Shown here piece after piece: positions 25,153 through 35,324 of a stretch of DNA of 64,000 nucleotides. Under the pieces are notes generated by a model. It did not search any database. It saw nothing but the letters and a program-made list of their open reading frames with translations, and had not been told where the DNA came from. The first letter of the stretch is position 1. Every line of letters begins with the position of its first letter. This DNA comes from a virus, in IMG/VR virus record IMGVR_UViG_3300035034_000207, positions 5,879 to 69,878 of that record, one strand, 5' to 3'. The translations under genes were made by a program, and so were the position numbers.

Positions 25153-26564
25153 GTCTTTATTCCTGAAAAATTATTTGTGTTAGAAGACGACGAGCTTGTT
25201 TTATTGGTTTTAGGTGTTTGAATTGCAGAATGAACGCGTTGTGCTGGTCTACTATTGTTGGACAACGCCTGGTTAAGATCATAGAACTTCATTTTAGATC
25301 TATTAACACCAATTGAAAACACAGTGTCTTGGTATAGATCCGAATATCTATTTTTAAATTGTTTAATGACTGCTTGATTCATCTGTGATAGGTCATCAGA
25401 CATAATAATAGCAAACAACATATCTGAAGTCATTGGTCCGCCCATAGAATCTGCTATCATATTAATGTCTGGGTCTGAATTGGAGTTTCCAGAACGATTT
25501 AGCTGAACGGCTGACCACCCGATGGCATTAGACTCTTGTAAGAATCCGCGGACTTCTTCAAACACGCTTTTAATATAACCATACGAATTTGATTTATCTT
25601 TAAACTTAGCAGATGCGCAAATACCAATATAGTCAATCATGATAATAGATGGCACGAAGTTTTGTTTTTGTTTCAATTCTTTAAGAAGATATCTAAAATG
25701 TCCTACGTGTGCAGAGCCTGTTGGATATTCCTTTACAATTATATTGCCAGTATATCTTTTCTTTAATTCTGATATCTTGTTGTCCCATTTGTCCTTTGGA
25801 ATCTTTGGAACATCTTTCATTTCAATGTCCATGATATTAGCATCAATACGTTTAGATATGCCAGTCTTCTCGTTCATCTCCAAAGTTATATATAATACGT
25901 TGTGTCCTTGTTTGTAATAATCGGCGGCAAGATTGATTAGGAACATCGATTTACCACCGCCCGTGCCAGCTGAGACGACGTTCAGTGTTCCTGGTTCTAT
26001 ACCACCTTCTGTGATCTTATTAAAATATTCAAGAGTGAAAGGAGTTTTCTTTACTGGGTTGTTGTAGTCTCCCCAACGCTCATCAGCATCATCAATGTAG
26101 TTGTGGCCGATTCTGCTATCAAATTCAATAGCAAGGGCTTTCTGTAACAATTCTGGAATACCTGTCTTAGATATTCCAGTTGCATCGCTATCATCTTGAG
26201 AAATTTCAATTGCTTGCGATAGCGCATTTAACAAAGCATTATCTTTACAGAATGTCTCGGTAGAATCAACCATCCAATCGCTGTTATCAATAACCAACCA
26301 ATCAGATTTTAATTCTTTTAAAGTCTCACCAACAGAATCAATTAACGCAAGAGGTAACCGCTTATTAGATATTTCTATTTCAAGCGACGAATACTCTGGA
26401 AATCTATTATACTTTTCAAAGTACTCAGATATCGTTACAAATAGTATCTTATCGTGTTGTTCTTGAAAATATTCTTCTTTAAGGTGAGGATAAACTTTAC
26501 GTGAATACTCTTCATTAATCAGTAGATTCTTTAATATCAGATTTTCTATTTTTTGATTTTGCAT
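25149..26564 (-). CDS. 41: replicative helicase gp41
   Basis: AGTGGGKS Walker A, NVLYITLEM, RIDAN, KEYPT, IDYI.IC, Q.NRSG, KNRY. Confidence 0.96.
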   Translation of the reverse strand: MQNQKIENLILKNLLINEEYSRKVYPHLKEEYFQEQHDKILFVTISEYFEKYNRFPEYSSLEIEISNKRLPLALIDSVGETLKELKSDWLVIDNSDWMVDSTETFCKDNALLNALSQAIEISQDDSDATGISKTGIPELLQKALAIEFDSRIGHNYIDDADERWGDYNNPVKKTPFTLEYFNKITEGGIEPGTLNVVSAGTGGGKSMFLINLAADYYKQGHNVLYITLEMNEKTGISKRIDANIMDIEMKDVPKIPKDKWDNKISELKKRYTGNIIVKEYPTGSAHVGHFRYLLKELKQKQNFVPSIIMIDYIGICASAKFKDKSNSYGYIKSVFEEVRGFLQESNAIGWSAVQLNRSGNSNSDPDINMIADSMGGPMTSDMLFAIIMSDDLSQMNQAVIKQFKNRYSDLYQDTVFSIGVNRSKMKFYDLNQALSNNSRPAQRVHSAIQTPKTNKTSSSSSNTNNFSGIKT

Positions 26565-26964
26565 CTTGTTCTTTTTCAACTTGTTCGTCTATCACGTTGT
26601 TTATAATTATTGGAACTAATTCCTTTAAATATTCGGCGTGTTTGTTTATATATTCGTCTGTAGTATCAGAAGGACACGACTCAACAACAAATTTACCAGA
26701 GATATACGACTTGTTCTTTTTCATTGTCTCTATTTCAAAACCAAACAAAGATAGAATGAACTTATCGCACGGCCCAGCCTCTAAAATTATATAGATACTA
26801 TCTTTGACTGGCGGGAACCCTGTTGTAAACAGAACCTCGTTTGCCGATAGTGTTCTATATTGTATTGGTGTTGTGTCTATGGAATTAGTATTATTATTCT
26901 TCGCTGGTGATCTCACCAAACTTTTCAATAGTCGCTTTATCATGTTCTGTGCTTCTTCCGCCAA
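26515..26964 (-). CDS. hypothetical protein at the gene 40 position; start uncertain
   Basis: Fills the gap between uvsX and gene 41, overlapping both. Confidence 0.5.
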   Translation of the reverse strand: MAEEAQNMIKRLLKSLVRSPAKNNNTNSIDTTPIQYRTLSANEVLFTTGFPPVKDSIYIILEAGPCDKFILSLFGFEIETMKKNKSYISGKFVVESCPSDTTDEYINKHAEYLKELVPIIINNVIDEQVEKEQDAKSKNRKSDIKESTD

Positions 26965-27958
26965 TTTTGTATAATTCTTTTACTGCAAGTTTAAAATCAT
27001 CGCATTGTTTTAAATCTTCAATAATAGGTCCAAGATCTTTTCTTCTGTGCAGTTTTTCAGTATTCTTTAGAACATACCAACCAGACTTCGGCATTTCAAT
27101 ATATCCAAGGGCTTTAGCAATTTCAAACAGTCCGTGCTCGGGATCAATACCGCCTTTGAATGTTACTCGTAGTGGTATTCTAGCTTTCTCCCACACATAC
27201 CTAGACTTTTCAATATTCATAGTAAACACGAAACCGTCTAGTTCTGTTCCGGTTTTGGATTGCGCTTTTGAAATTAAAATAATAGTAGAAGCAGCATAAT
27301 ACGCGCCTTCACCACCAGCTAGAATCGTACGAGGATACATAGACCCGATTTCTTTATAGACATGTCCAATTGCAACCATTGGTACATCTCTTCTAGTTAG
27401 ATCTGGAACAATCATACGGAACAACGCTTTTAAGGCTTTTGCTCGTGTACCCATGTCTGCCGCGGTCTTACCAATTTGAGCGTCGTCCATTTCTTTTATA
27501 GACGCAAGGTTACCATATGAATCTAATAAAATAATTACTTTATCGTCGCGCGATATTTCTTTAAGTTTTTGCATTACATCAATTTTAAATTCTTCTAGAT
27601 TAGAAATTGGTATATGCAGAACCCTTTCAGTATCAACGCCCATCTCTTCTAGATATTCATTGGTTGTTCCAAATTCACAATCGTAGAACAGGCAAATAGC
27701 GTCTTTATATTTTTTCTGATATGACGCAACCATTTGTAGAGACATGTTTGTTTTAAATGTTGCCTTTGGACCTGCAAGAATCGTTAAACCCGAAGTTAGT
27801 CCGCCATCAAGTTCTCCAGATAACGCAATGTTTAATTCTGGTATACTTGTGGTAATCATGTCTTTGTTGTTTAGAAGGGAGGAAGATGAAAGAATTTCTG
27901 AATCTTTAATTGTTCCTGATTTTTTTAATTTGTTTAGAAGATCGCTTTTACTAGCCAT
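26894..27958 (-). CDS. uvsX: RecA-like recombinase UvsX
   Basis: LNIALSG..DGGL.SGLTILAGP...FKT, LFYD.EFG, DS.GNLAS.KE. Confidence 0.96.
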   Translation of the reverse strand: MASKSDLLNKLKKSGTIKDSEILSSSSLLNNKDMITTSIPELNIALSGELDGGLTSGLTILAGPKATFKTNMSLQMVASYQKKYKDAICLFYDCEFGTTNEYLEEMGVDTERVLHIPISNLEEFKIDVMQKLKEISRDDKVIILLDSYGNLASIKEMDDAQIGKTAADMGTRAKALKALFRMIVPDLTRRDVPMVAIGHVYKEIGSMYPRTILAGGEGAYYAASTIILISKAQSKTGTELDGFVFTMNIEKSRYVWEKARIPLRVTFKGGIDPEHGLFEIAKALGYIEMPKSGWYVLKNTEKLHRRKDLGPIIEDLKQCDDFKLAVKELYKIGGRSTEHDKATIEKFGEITSEE

Positions 27959-27993
27959 TCTTATTGTTATCCTTTTATATATTGTATTTGGTT

Positions 27994-28022
27994 ATTATAT
28001 ATCATTTGTGAGCGTAAGTCAA
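27994..28022 (-). promoter_or_regulatory. early promoter for uvsX operon
   Basis: TTGACT-17 nt-TATAAT. Confidence 0.75.
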
Positions 28023-28028
28023 TGGTTA

Positions 28029-28784
28029 TTATTGGTTATAGAAGTCTAGAATGGTTTCCGAGTATGTTTTGGCATCTAGACATGTTGGAACAATACCAAA
28101 ATCCTTAAAGCGGCTAGAGGTGCTTAACATGTCATTTATTTTTCCTTTTCTTTTTTCAAGGCGTTCCGGTGTTTGTTTAAAGTTTGATCCTTTTGGCTTT
28201 TCGTGTTTATACATTCCGGTGATAAGAGTAAAAACAAAATTAGGGCCAACAGATATTTTATTGTTTGATATATCGTAATACCAGTCATTAAAAGAAACAT
28301 CAAAACTTCTATCAATATAATCTATAACATATTTTCTAGTTAATTTCTCTGAAAGCCTCTGATAACTTAGCGATGGAGATAATACGAGGTCAGCAACAAT
28401 AGATGTTTTAGTAAACAAAGGTCTGTTAATGTGTTCTATGGTTCTATCATAGACAGATATACCATACCCGCAATTAACAGTTTTGTGAGTGCTATCAAGA
28501 TATAAAAGAAGATCTTTGTTTACTTTATGTCCTAAGAATATATCTATGTCTGTATTTAATGGTTCAAGTTCTTGGTTTGTAGATACTCTTCTAGGATTAT
28601 CAGACAAACACCATCTCATCAACGATGACCCAATAACAAACCCTCTATTATGATTAGACTTTAGGTTCTGTCTGATCTGCGATGATATAGACGTAGACAA
28701 GTGAGCTTTAAACTCGCGTATATTAAAATCAGTTAAATAATTCTCCAAGATCGTTTGAGTATTCGGCTTTCCATCCAACTGCAT
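28029..28784 (-). CDS. putative nucleotidyltransferase (CCA/poly(A)-polymerase head-like); start uncertain
   Basis: FVIGSSLMR...DIDIF and SFDVSFNDWYYD resemble hG[GS]..DxD and RDFTxN...D motifs. Confidence 0.5.
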   Translation of the reverse strand: MQLDGKPNTQTILENYLTDFNIREFKAHLSTSISSQIRQNLKSNHNRGFVIGSSLMRWCLSDNPRRVSTNQELEPLNTDIDIFLGHKVNKDLLLYLDSTHKTVNCGYGISVYDRTIEHINRPLFTKTSIVADLVLSPSLSYQRLSEKLTRKYVIDYIDRSFDVSFNDWYYDISNNKISVGPNFVFTLITGMYKHEKPKGSNFKQTPERLEKRKGKINDMLSTSSRFKDFGIVPTCLDAKTYSETILDFYNQ

Positions 28785-31299
28785 TGCAAATTCCTTTTAC
28801 TGGGTCTAAAAATGTTTTATCAAATTGTACATCGTAATCCACATATTTTTCAATCTCAAACTCTTTTGGTAGTTTATCTCTATACGAAAGTACATGAGAA
28901 AACATAGGGTTTTGTGGTTTTAAATATGTAAACAAAATCTTATCAGAGTTCTTAATAGTATCATATGTATTATCTAAATTCATATCTTTTAGTTTATTGT
29001 TATATGTTATAGAACCATTAACATGGATTGGTGTTCCAGACTTAGAAGTTCTACCATCTGTGTCAAGCCACTTATCAACATCAGACACAGACCTTGGTGT
29101 ACTAATTTCTTCAACTTCTAGCTTCATAAACTTGGTCTTAAACTCTGAAACAAAATCTTGAAGACCTTGTTCGTTTTTTGCTAGAACGATACTTATAATA
29201 TTCTCCAGGGCAGGTTTAACCGAGTCGGGCGTTGACGACCTAACAGTTTCCAAACCAGTGACTTTAAGCTCATCTGTTCTAAACCCTTCTTTATCAAGAA
29301 CGCGCATTGCGTATCGTTTCTTTCCAGTCCAGAACGCAGTTGATGCTATGTTTTCACGGTTCATCTTAAGAACGTTTTGTTTATGGTTTAGATTTTCGTA
29401 AATTCCATCAAGGCATTCTGCTATAGCTGGTTTTAGTTTCTCTTCGCCAAAACGGTCAACAAAATTCAATTTCGTTTCGTCAGACGCATTTTCTCCACAC
29501 ACCTTATTCACAAGATCATTGAGTTCAATATAATTAGAATCTGTATCAACTGCAATAATATAATCTTTGCTAGTTGTTTTTAATATTCCGTTTAGATATT
29601 CGTTGATGTGGTTGGCTATAGATCTAATGACAAATTGGCCTGTTAGCGTAATAGCTTCGGCATTATAGACATCATAAAACTGGAAGTTTTTGTTTGCAAG
29701 AGCACCATATAAACTATTCAGCACAATCTTAATAGCCCACTGGATTGTGTCTAGTCTTCTAATAGTATTACACAATTCTTCACAACTTTCTTTTTCGTTT
29801 TTAACTTTAGCAATTTTAAGTTGTGCTCTATAGTCTAATCGCATGTTAAATAGCTGTTCGGTTAATTTTGATATGAACGACTGGTTGTCTCTCGTATAAC
29901 AAACACCATTAACACCAAGTGAATAGTCAAGAGCTTTCATCTGTTCTTTAAATTTTGTTTTATCTTCTAATAAAGTAGAAACGTTGCAATTTTCTATTTT
30001 ATCAATATCTACTTTTGTTTCTATTCCTACATTCATCTGCCTAATTAAACTAGGATATAGTGATTGCAAGTCAAACGATATTACCCAGTCGGAAAACCCA
30101 TTCTTAGTATCTTTAACATAACCGCCTTCATATTCAACGTCGTCTGTTCTACCCATTCGTTTCATAGGAGCATGAATGTTATTTGATGATAGATAATGAT
30201 AGATCAGAGTTTCCCAATACTTAACAGTTCCAAGAGCTTCTTCGAATTGTGGTGCTTTCGCAAAATATGCAACAGTTAATAGAAGGTCTAAGAAGTTCAA
30301 TTCCTCGTCTAGCTCTAACACTCTTAAAGTATCAATAATATTATACTCTACATACGTTTGGAAATCGTTTCTAAGAAGATCGGATAATGTACCTTCATAT
30401 TCTAGTTTACCTTTACCAAGATGAACCTTTGAAATATAATCTAAGGCATAAGTTGGTCTTTTTGTCATCGAATACTTTTGGTATAAATCTTTATAATCAA
30501 TACATGATATACCATAGATATCATATGTGGTTTCTTCTTTTAAGCCACTCCATGTTTTAACCTTCTTCTTTCTCTCTTGAACAATTTTCCATGGGCTTAA
30601 CATTTTAGCAAACGAATCACCAAACAATAGCTTTAATCTAGCGTATAGATACGGCACGTCAAAAAAGTTTGAATACCAACCTGTAAGAATGTCGCATGTA
30701 TTACAAGAGAAATATGTAACAAATGACCTCAGCATATCGCGTTCATTTTTATATACGTGATAGAATACTTCGTAATTCTTTAGATCTTCTGGTTTAATGT
30801 GTTTTAACTTTTCAGAGGAGAATGCTCCATATTCTTTATTAACCCACACGTCTATTCTATTAGACCATTTTTGAATATATGTTAAACATGTAAACTCTTC
30901 TGTTGGGTTCTCTGGTTTTGGGAACATATTTAACGAGGATACTTCAATATCAATGGCTGCTATTCTAATAATACTAATATCATGAATTACATCGCGTTTA
31001 TCATATAAAGATTTTATTAGCTGATTACAATATCTATCAGATCCATGCATATTTGAGTTTGATGAAGCTCCCATTGATTTCATGAAATCTTTTGCATCTC
31101 TAACAGAATCTTTGTTTACTTTTCTTAGATTTGTGCCGTGTATTGTTTTGTGTTTAGAATCTTCTTCGCACGGAACGAAAAATTCTGGTTTGAAATCTGT
31201 CTTTTCTACTATTCTTTTACCTTCGTTGTCGTAACCAACGTAAAGGATGTTGTTGCCCCATTGCCGTACGTTCGTGTAAAACGATTTATTATTTTTCAT
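28729..31299 (-). CDS. 43: family B DNA polymerase gp43
   Basis: DIEV exonuclease motif, SFDL.SLYPS, K..LNSLYG, DTDS, KKRY. Confidence 0.97.
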   Translation of the reverse strand: MKNNKSFYTNVRQWGNNILYVGYDNEGKRIVEKTDFKPEFFVPCEEDSKHKTIHGTNLRKVNKDSVRDAKDFMKSMGASSNSNMHGSDRYCNQLIKSLYDKRDVIHDISIIRIAAIDIEVSSLNMFPKPENPTEEFTCLTYIQKWSNRIDVWVNKEYGAFSSEKLKHIKPEDLKNYEVFYHVYKNERDMLRSFVTYFSCNTCDILTGWYSNFFDVPYLYARLKLLFGDSFAKMLSPWKIVQERKKKVKTWSGLKEETTYDIYGISCIDYKDLYQKYSMTKRPTYALDYISKVHLGKGKLEYEGTLSDLLRNDFQTYVEYNIIDTLRVLELDEELNFLDLLLTVAYFAKAPQFEEALGTVKYWETLIYHYLSSNNIHAPMKRMGRTDDVEYEGGYVKDTKNGFSDWVISFDLQSLYPSLIRQMNVGIETKVDIDKIENCNVSTLLEDKTKFKEQMKALDYSLGVNGVCYTRDNQSFISKLTEQLFNMRLDYRAQLKIAKVKNEKESCEELCNTIRRLDTIQWAIKIVLNSLYGALANKNFQFYDVYNAEAITLTGQFVIRSIANHINEYLNGILKTTSKDYIIAVDTDSNYIELNDLVNKVCGENASDETKLNFVDRFGEEKLKPAIAECLDGIYENLNHKQNVLKMNRENIASTAFWTGKKRYAMRVLDKEGFRTDELKVTGLETVRSSTPDSVKPALENIISIVLAKNEQGLQDFVSEFKTKFMKLEVEEISTPRSVSDVDKWLDTDGRTSKSGTPIHVNGSITYNNKLKDMNLDNTYDTIKNSDKILFTYLKPQNPMFSHVLSYRDKLPKEFEIEKYVDYDVQFDKTFLDPVKGICNAVGWKAEYSNDLGELFN

Positions 31300-31367
31300 A
31301 TAGATTAATATCCTGCTTGTTGAATTTGTTTATTTAGGAAGAGTTCCGCGCATATAAACAGTTTATT

Positions 31368-31396
31368 AGTATAACAACTTCTAAGTGTGTTGTCAA
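31368..31396 (-). promoter_or_regulatory. early promoter for gene 43
   Basis: TTGACA-17 nt-TATACT. Confidence 0.75.
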
Positions 31397-31422
31397 CTAT
31401 TATTTTATAATACTTTCTTCTT

Positions 31423-31713
31423 CTAGTGTAGAGACTGATCGCCCTTTAAGAAGTCTGTTTGTTCTGATAAAATTTCTAGTTGTTCAAGCCACTGGTTTGA
31501 TAGCGATACTATGTCAGAATCAAGTTGATATCTTGTGAGAGTTTCTGAAAGAATATACTCGGCGATGTCTATCAAGTCGTTATATAGATCACATGTTTTA
31601 ACCACCCTTGCTAGATCGTTTGCAGAAAACATATGTAGTTTATCTGTAATGGTTTTTAGTTCAAATTCGTGTTCTTCAACCGTCTTAAACGACGGCGCTC
31701 TGTTATTAGACAT
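31423..31713 (-). CDS. hypothetical protein
   Basis: 96-aa ORF between regA and gene 43. Confidence 0.6.
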   Translation of the reverse strand: MSNNRAPSFKTVEEHEFELKTITDKLHMFSANDLARVVKTCDLYNDLIDIAEYILSETLTRYQLDSDIVSLSNQWLEQLEILSEQTDFLKGDQSLH

Positions 31714-31733
31714 GTGTATAGTGTATCTTTCAA

Positions 31734-32192
31734 TTAATTATTATTAGGGCCCATAGAATATTTCTGAACGAGGTTCCATTTTAATTTGTCTTTAAATGGA
31801 ATAACTCTAGTGTTAGATAAACAATAACCCTGTTCTTTGACTGTGTCAACATTAATTATCTTTAACATTCCCCAATCTTCTAATAATTTAGCAACTGCAT
31901 TGCGTCTTTGAACGTCTTCAATTGTTATGGAATCTGGTCTTCCATCTAATTTAAACATTTCTTTAAAGTGCATAATAGAATACAGACTTTCATCTTCTGA
32001 AGATCTCTTGTGTAATATATGACATGATTGATATAGAGCACCCTTTGCGTTAGACGATACACCAATTCTAGTTAATGTCTCTTTTATCTTTAAGAAATTG
32101 TCTTCTCCTATTAACTCAATATTAACGCCAAGATTCATAAAAGTATGATACTTATCGTTATAGTTAATGTCTGGTTCGTCATCGTTATTCAT
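31734..32192 (-). CDS. regA: translational repressor RegA
   Basis: FLKIKETLTRIG, LYQSCHILHK, HFKE.F.LDG, RRN..A.LL.DWG. Confidence 0.96.
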   Translation of the reverse strand: MNNDDEPDINYNDKYHTFMNLGVNIELIGEDNFLKIKETLTRIGVSSNAKGALYQSCHILHKRSSEDESLYSIMHFKEMFKLDGRPDSITIEDVQRRNAVAKLLEDWGMLKIINVDTVKEQGYCLSNTRVIPFKDKLKWNLVQKYSMGPNNN

Positions 32193-32208
32193 AATATATA
32201 TTACCTTT

Positions 32209-32589
32209 TCATGTTTCTTTATATATGTTGTTTATTTCTTTAATCTCGTCTTCTTGTAATAGTTTATAATATTGTTTAGCTATTCTTGATGAGCATTTAT
32301 AGTATTTACATATATTTTCTATTGTTTTTTTATCAAAACTATCTTTCTCAAATTTACCAGAGAACCTTCTTGCTTTTGGTAGACCATGATAATAAAATAA
32401 GTATTGCCATTGGTTCGGCATGTCTGGTCTACGATTTAGCATATCCGCAAAAAATATGGAATCTTGACACTTTCCAAAGAACGAATTTACTACATACGGA
32501 CTATAATATTTTTCGTTATTAATATCGGTGTCCATGATATTCTCAGACTTATCGTTTAAAGTTCTTATAACGTCTTTGAATAAATCCAT
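32209..32589 (-). CDS. 62: clamp loader small subunit gp62
   Basis: Y.PYVVN, D.IFFA...N, QY.F, I.KYY..S...A..Y; synteny 45-44-62-regA. Confidence 0.88.
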   Translation of the reverse strand: MDLFKDVIRTLNDKSENIMDTDINNEKYYSPYVVNSFFGKCQDSIFFADMLNRRPDMPNQWQYLFYYHGLPKARRFSGKFEKDSFDKKTIENICKYYKCSSRIAKQYYKLLQEDEIKEINNIYKET

Positions 32590-32597
32590 AATATTTA

Positions 32598-33557
32598 CTA
32601 TCCTTTAAACATACATTGGCCGATAATACGAACAATCATTGCAAGATCATTAAGCGCTCTATCGGCTGCAATAGCAACACCACGCTGAGCATCATCGAGT
32701 ATTAGTATTGCTTCACAAATAGATTCTGTTGTTAATTTTACTTCAAGCTCATTAAACAACTCTCTATAAAATTGCGCTGGATCTGTTGATTCATTATCAG
32801 CAACCCATTGTTTAATCTTGCCAAGATCTTTATCTTTAATATAATTAACAAGTTCCGACACCGAAAACTTGTCCATTGCTGTGAGCATTCCAGCATCAAT
32901 TTTTCCAGTTCTTGAATATGATTGTAGTTCGTTAAGCAACCTACGGAAATCTGGGAAATATTTTTTAATAACTTCAGCTACAACCGCAATATCATAATCA
33001 ACATTTTCTTCTTTTAGAATGTACAAGACGCGTTTAGTTGTAGCAACCATCAGATCTTGCTTTTCATTCTTATTGAATCCAAAGTCCAGAGTAACACACC
33101 TTGAATGGATTGGCTTGATAAGATTGGCTTTGAAGTTAGCAGTAAGAAAGAATTTTACAAAGTGGAACTCTTCCATTGCAGCACGTAATGCTGGTTGGGC
33201 TGTTGACCCAAGACCGTCAGCTTCGTCCAGAATGATTGCTTTTTCCTTACCAGATAGAGATCCAGTAGATGCAAATTCTTTAACCTTTGTTCTAATAGTA
33301 TCAATGTTTCTTTCATCTGACGCATTGATAAAAATATAGTCAAGATCTAATTCGTTGCATAGAGCACGAGCAAGAGTAGTTTTACCATTGCCGGCAGACC
33401 CAACAATTAGAAGATGTTCGCAGTTTCCTGAAGATACAATGGCATCGACCGTTTTCTTAATGTGCTTTGGAAACACACAGTCCTTAACTAATTTTGGTCT
33501 ATATTTTTCCACCCAAAGAGATGGTATAATTTTTGACTGTTGTGAATTACTATTCAT
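32598..33557 (-). CDS. 44: clamp loader ATPase gp44
   Basis: LWVEKYRP, G.AG.GKTT, ILDEAD, Q.ALR..MEEF, SRC, FPDFRR.LNELQ. Confidence 0.96.
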   Translation of the reverse strand: MNSNSQQSKIIPSLWVEKYRPKLVKDCVFPKHIKKTVDAIVSSGNCEHLLIVGSAGNGKTTLARALCNELDLDYIFINASDERNIDTIRTKVKEFASTGSLSGKEKAIILDEADGLGSTAQPALRAAMEEFHFVKFFLTANFKANLIKPIHSRCVTLDFGFNKNEKQDLMVATTKRVLYILKEENVDYDIAVVAEVIKKYFPDFRRLLNELQSYSRTGKIDAGMLTAMDKFSVSELVNYIKDKDLGKIKQWVADNESTDPAQFYRELFNELEVKLTTESICEAILILDDAQRGVAIAADRALNDLAMIVRIIGQCMFKG

Positions 33558-33585
33558 GGTAAAAACTACTCTTTCTCGTTACTTC

Positions 33586-34263
33586 TTAGGATAGTGTGGC
33601 CGCAATGATATATGTTAGGCTTGTGTCAACGGCGTGGTCCAAAACCAAGAACTTACGGTTCTGAGCAATTGAAACAACATAATCACCACTTACCATTTTC
33701 AGTGTGTCTGTAGCAATAGCAATATCAAGTTCTGTTGGAGATGTCAACTCTTCAAGAACATATTCATACGTGTTGGAGTCTGGGTTTCCAGCATTGTGTG
33801 TTACCATCACAACTTCGTTTTTAGAATTTGTTTTAAACTTAAGATCTTTAAGTTCCATTGCACGAGCCATTGATAGAACATTTTCTACAGCTGCTTGTGG
33901 TAGAGCAAACGTTACTTCAGTTTCTGGTCGTTTCAATATAGATGGTGGATGAAACACTGTGATGGGATTAGCATACACAATTTTAACTTTGTTCTTACCA
34001 TCAGAAACAATCATGTAAGTTTCTTTAAAGACAATGTCATAATTATCGCCCATAGACTTGATGACAGATAGTAACGTTGCAATTTTACCAAGAGCAACAG
34101 GGTATTCAAAAACATCGTCTACTTTAACTTCGCTGTAGATTTTGTTTGTCTGTGCAATGGTTTTTAGTTGTGTAAACCCTTGATCACTTTTTGTAATAAC
34201 AATTCCAGGGTTAATGTCTGTGAAATTGTCTAGCATCTTTAATGTATATTCTGATAGTTTCAT
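33586..34263 (-). CDS. 45: sliding clamp gp45
   Basis: MKLS..TL.ML.NF..INPGI, LKM..GDY.V.I; synteny. Confidence 0.9.
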   Translation of the reverse strand: MKLSEYTLKMLDNFTDINPGIVITKSDQGFTQLKTIAQTNKIYSEVKVDDVFEYPVALGKIATLLSVIKSMGDNYDIVFKETYMIVSDGKNKVKIVYANPITVFHPPSILKRPETEVTFALPQAAVENVLSMARAMELKDLKFKTNSKNEVVMVTHNAGNPDSNTYEYVLEELTSPTELDIAIATDTLKMVSGDYVVSIAQNRKFLVLDHAVDTSLTYIIAATLS

Positions 34264-34314
34264 TTTAGTTTCTTTCTTTCTTTCTTTCTTATTATAATAG
34301 TGGCAGTAGTAATT

Positions 34315-35259
34315 TTAGACAATTGCCGAAGTATACGCAAATTCGTCGTCAGATCTATACGTTTTTGCTTGTCTAACTTCAACCTTTGCTCCGTTTAGTG
34401 CTTCGTATATATCATACAACGATTCACCAATTGGAGATCTGTTGCAAGCAAGTTGAATTGGTTCCAATTCGTTACCAAGAATAGCAAACCCTTGTATGAT
34501 ATTGATTAGTGTTCTTGTGGAAATGGTAGCCCCATGTTCTGAAAAATTATCATCATCACGAACGTGGCCTGCCCATTTTAACAATTTAATAATGTACATT
34601 TGGCCAGCTTTAATCTTTTCGTCTTTGTTTTTATCGTTTGCAATGTTTTTAAAATCATCACAATAGTTAATGTAATAATTTGAAAGGATGAACTTTTCAA
34701 CTTCTTCGCTTGGGTATGTCTGTTCTATCATTGCTGCAAATCTATCAAGAAAAGCACCATTCATAATTGAAACACCAATGTATTGACCATCATCAGAACC
34801 AAGACCTTTTGTATTATCAGTAGCAAAAATTTGAAATCCTTGAGCCGGTTTAACCCATTCGGCCGTGTCTTTAATAAGAACGCCGTTGCCTTCTAGAATA
34901 GACTGCAAACAAAGAATTCTATTTGTGTGGGCCGCGGAGACCTCGTCTAGTAGAACTACAGCGCCTTCACGTAGGGCTCTAACAAGAATGCCCTCTTCAT
35001 AAAAGGTATCGCCGCCCCTTAAGCCCTTACCGCCAATTAACTGTGTTTCATCGGTTTCAGAAGTAAAGTTAACACGAACAAACTTTCTCTTAAGCTCAGC
35101 ACAAGCTTGTTCTATCATTGCGGTTTTACCACAACCCTTTTCGCCAACAACCCAAGTTGGATAGAATTTCTCAGATTTGATAATTCTGGAAACTAAATCA
35201 TAGTTACCCCAGGGATAATACATTTTGTCTTTGATTGGAATAGTAATTACGTTTGTCAT
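34315..35259 (-). CDS. MoxR/CobS-like AAA+ ATPase
   Basis: GEKGCGKT, RVNFT.ETDE..LIG, LLDE, ATDNTKG.GSDDG.YIG, AFLDRF. Confidence 0.9.
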   Translation of the reverse strand: MTNVITIPIKDKMYYPWGNYDLVSRIIKSEKFYPTWVVGEKGCGKTAMIEQACAELKRKFVRVNFTSETDETQLIGGKGLRGGDTFYEEGILVRALREGAVVLLDEVSAAHTNRILCLQSILEGNGVLIKDTAEWVKPAQGFQIFATDNTKGLGSDDGQYIGVSIMNGAFLDRFAAMIEQTYPSEEVEKFILSNYYINYCDDFKNIANDKNKDEKIKAGQMYIIKLLKWAGHVRDDDNFSEHGATISTRTLINIIQGFAILGNELEPIQLACNRSPIGESLYDIYEALNGAKVEVRQAKTYRSDDEFAYTSAIV

Positions 35260-35295
35260 TTTATATATCTCACTTAGTTTTGTTTATATGATTAT

Positions 35296-35324
35296 ATTAT
35301 ACCACAGTTATGAAACAATGTCAA
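35296..35324 (-). promoter_or_regulatory. early promoter
   Basis: TTGACA-17 nt (ending GTGG)-TATAAT. Confidence 0.8.

Noticed and set aside
31327-31361. Hairpin in the gene 43 leader as an autogenous operator
   Set aside because: Weak AT-rich pairing, some distance from the RBS; cannot be distinguished from chance
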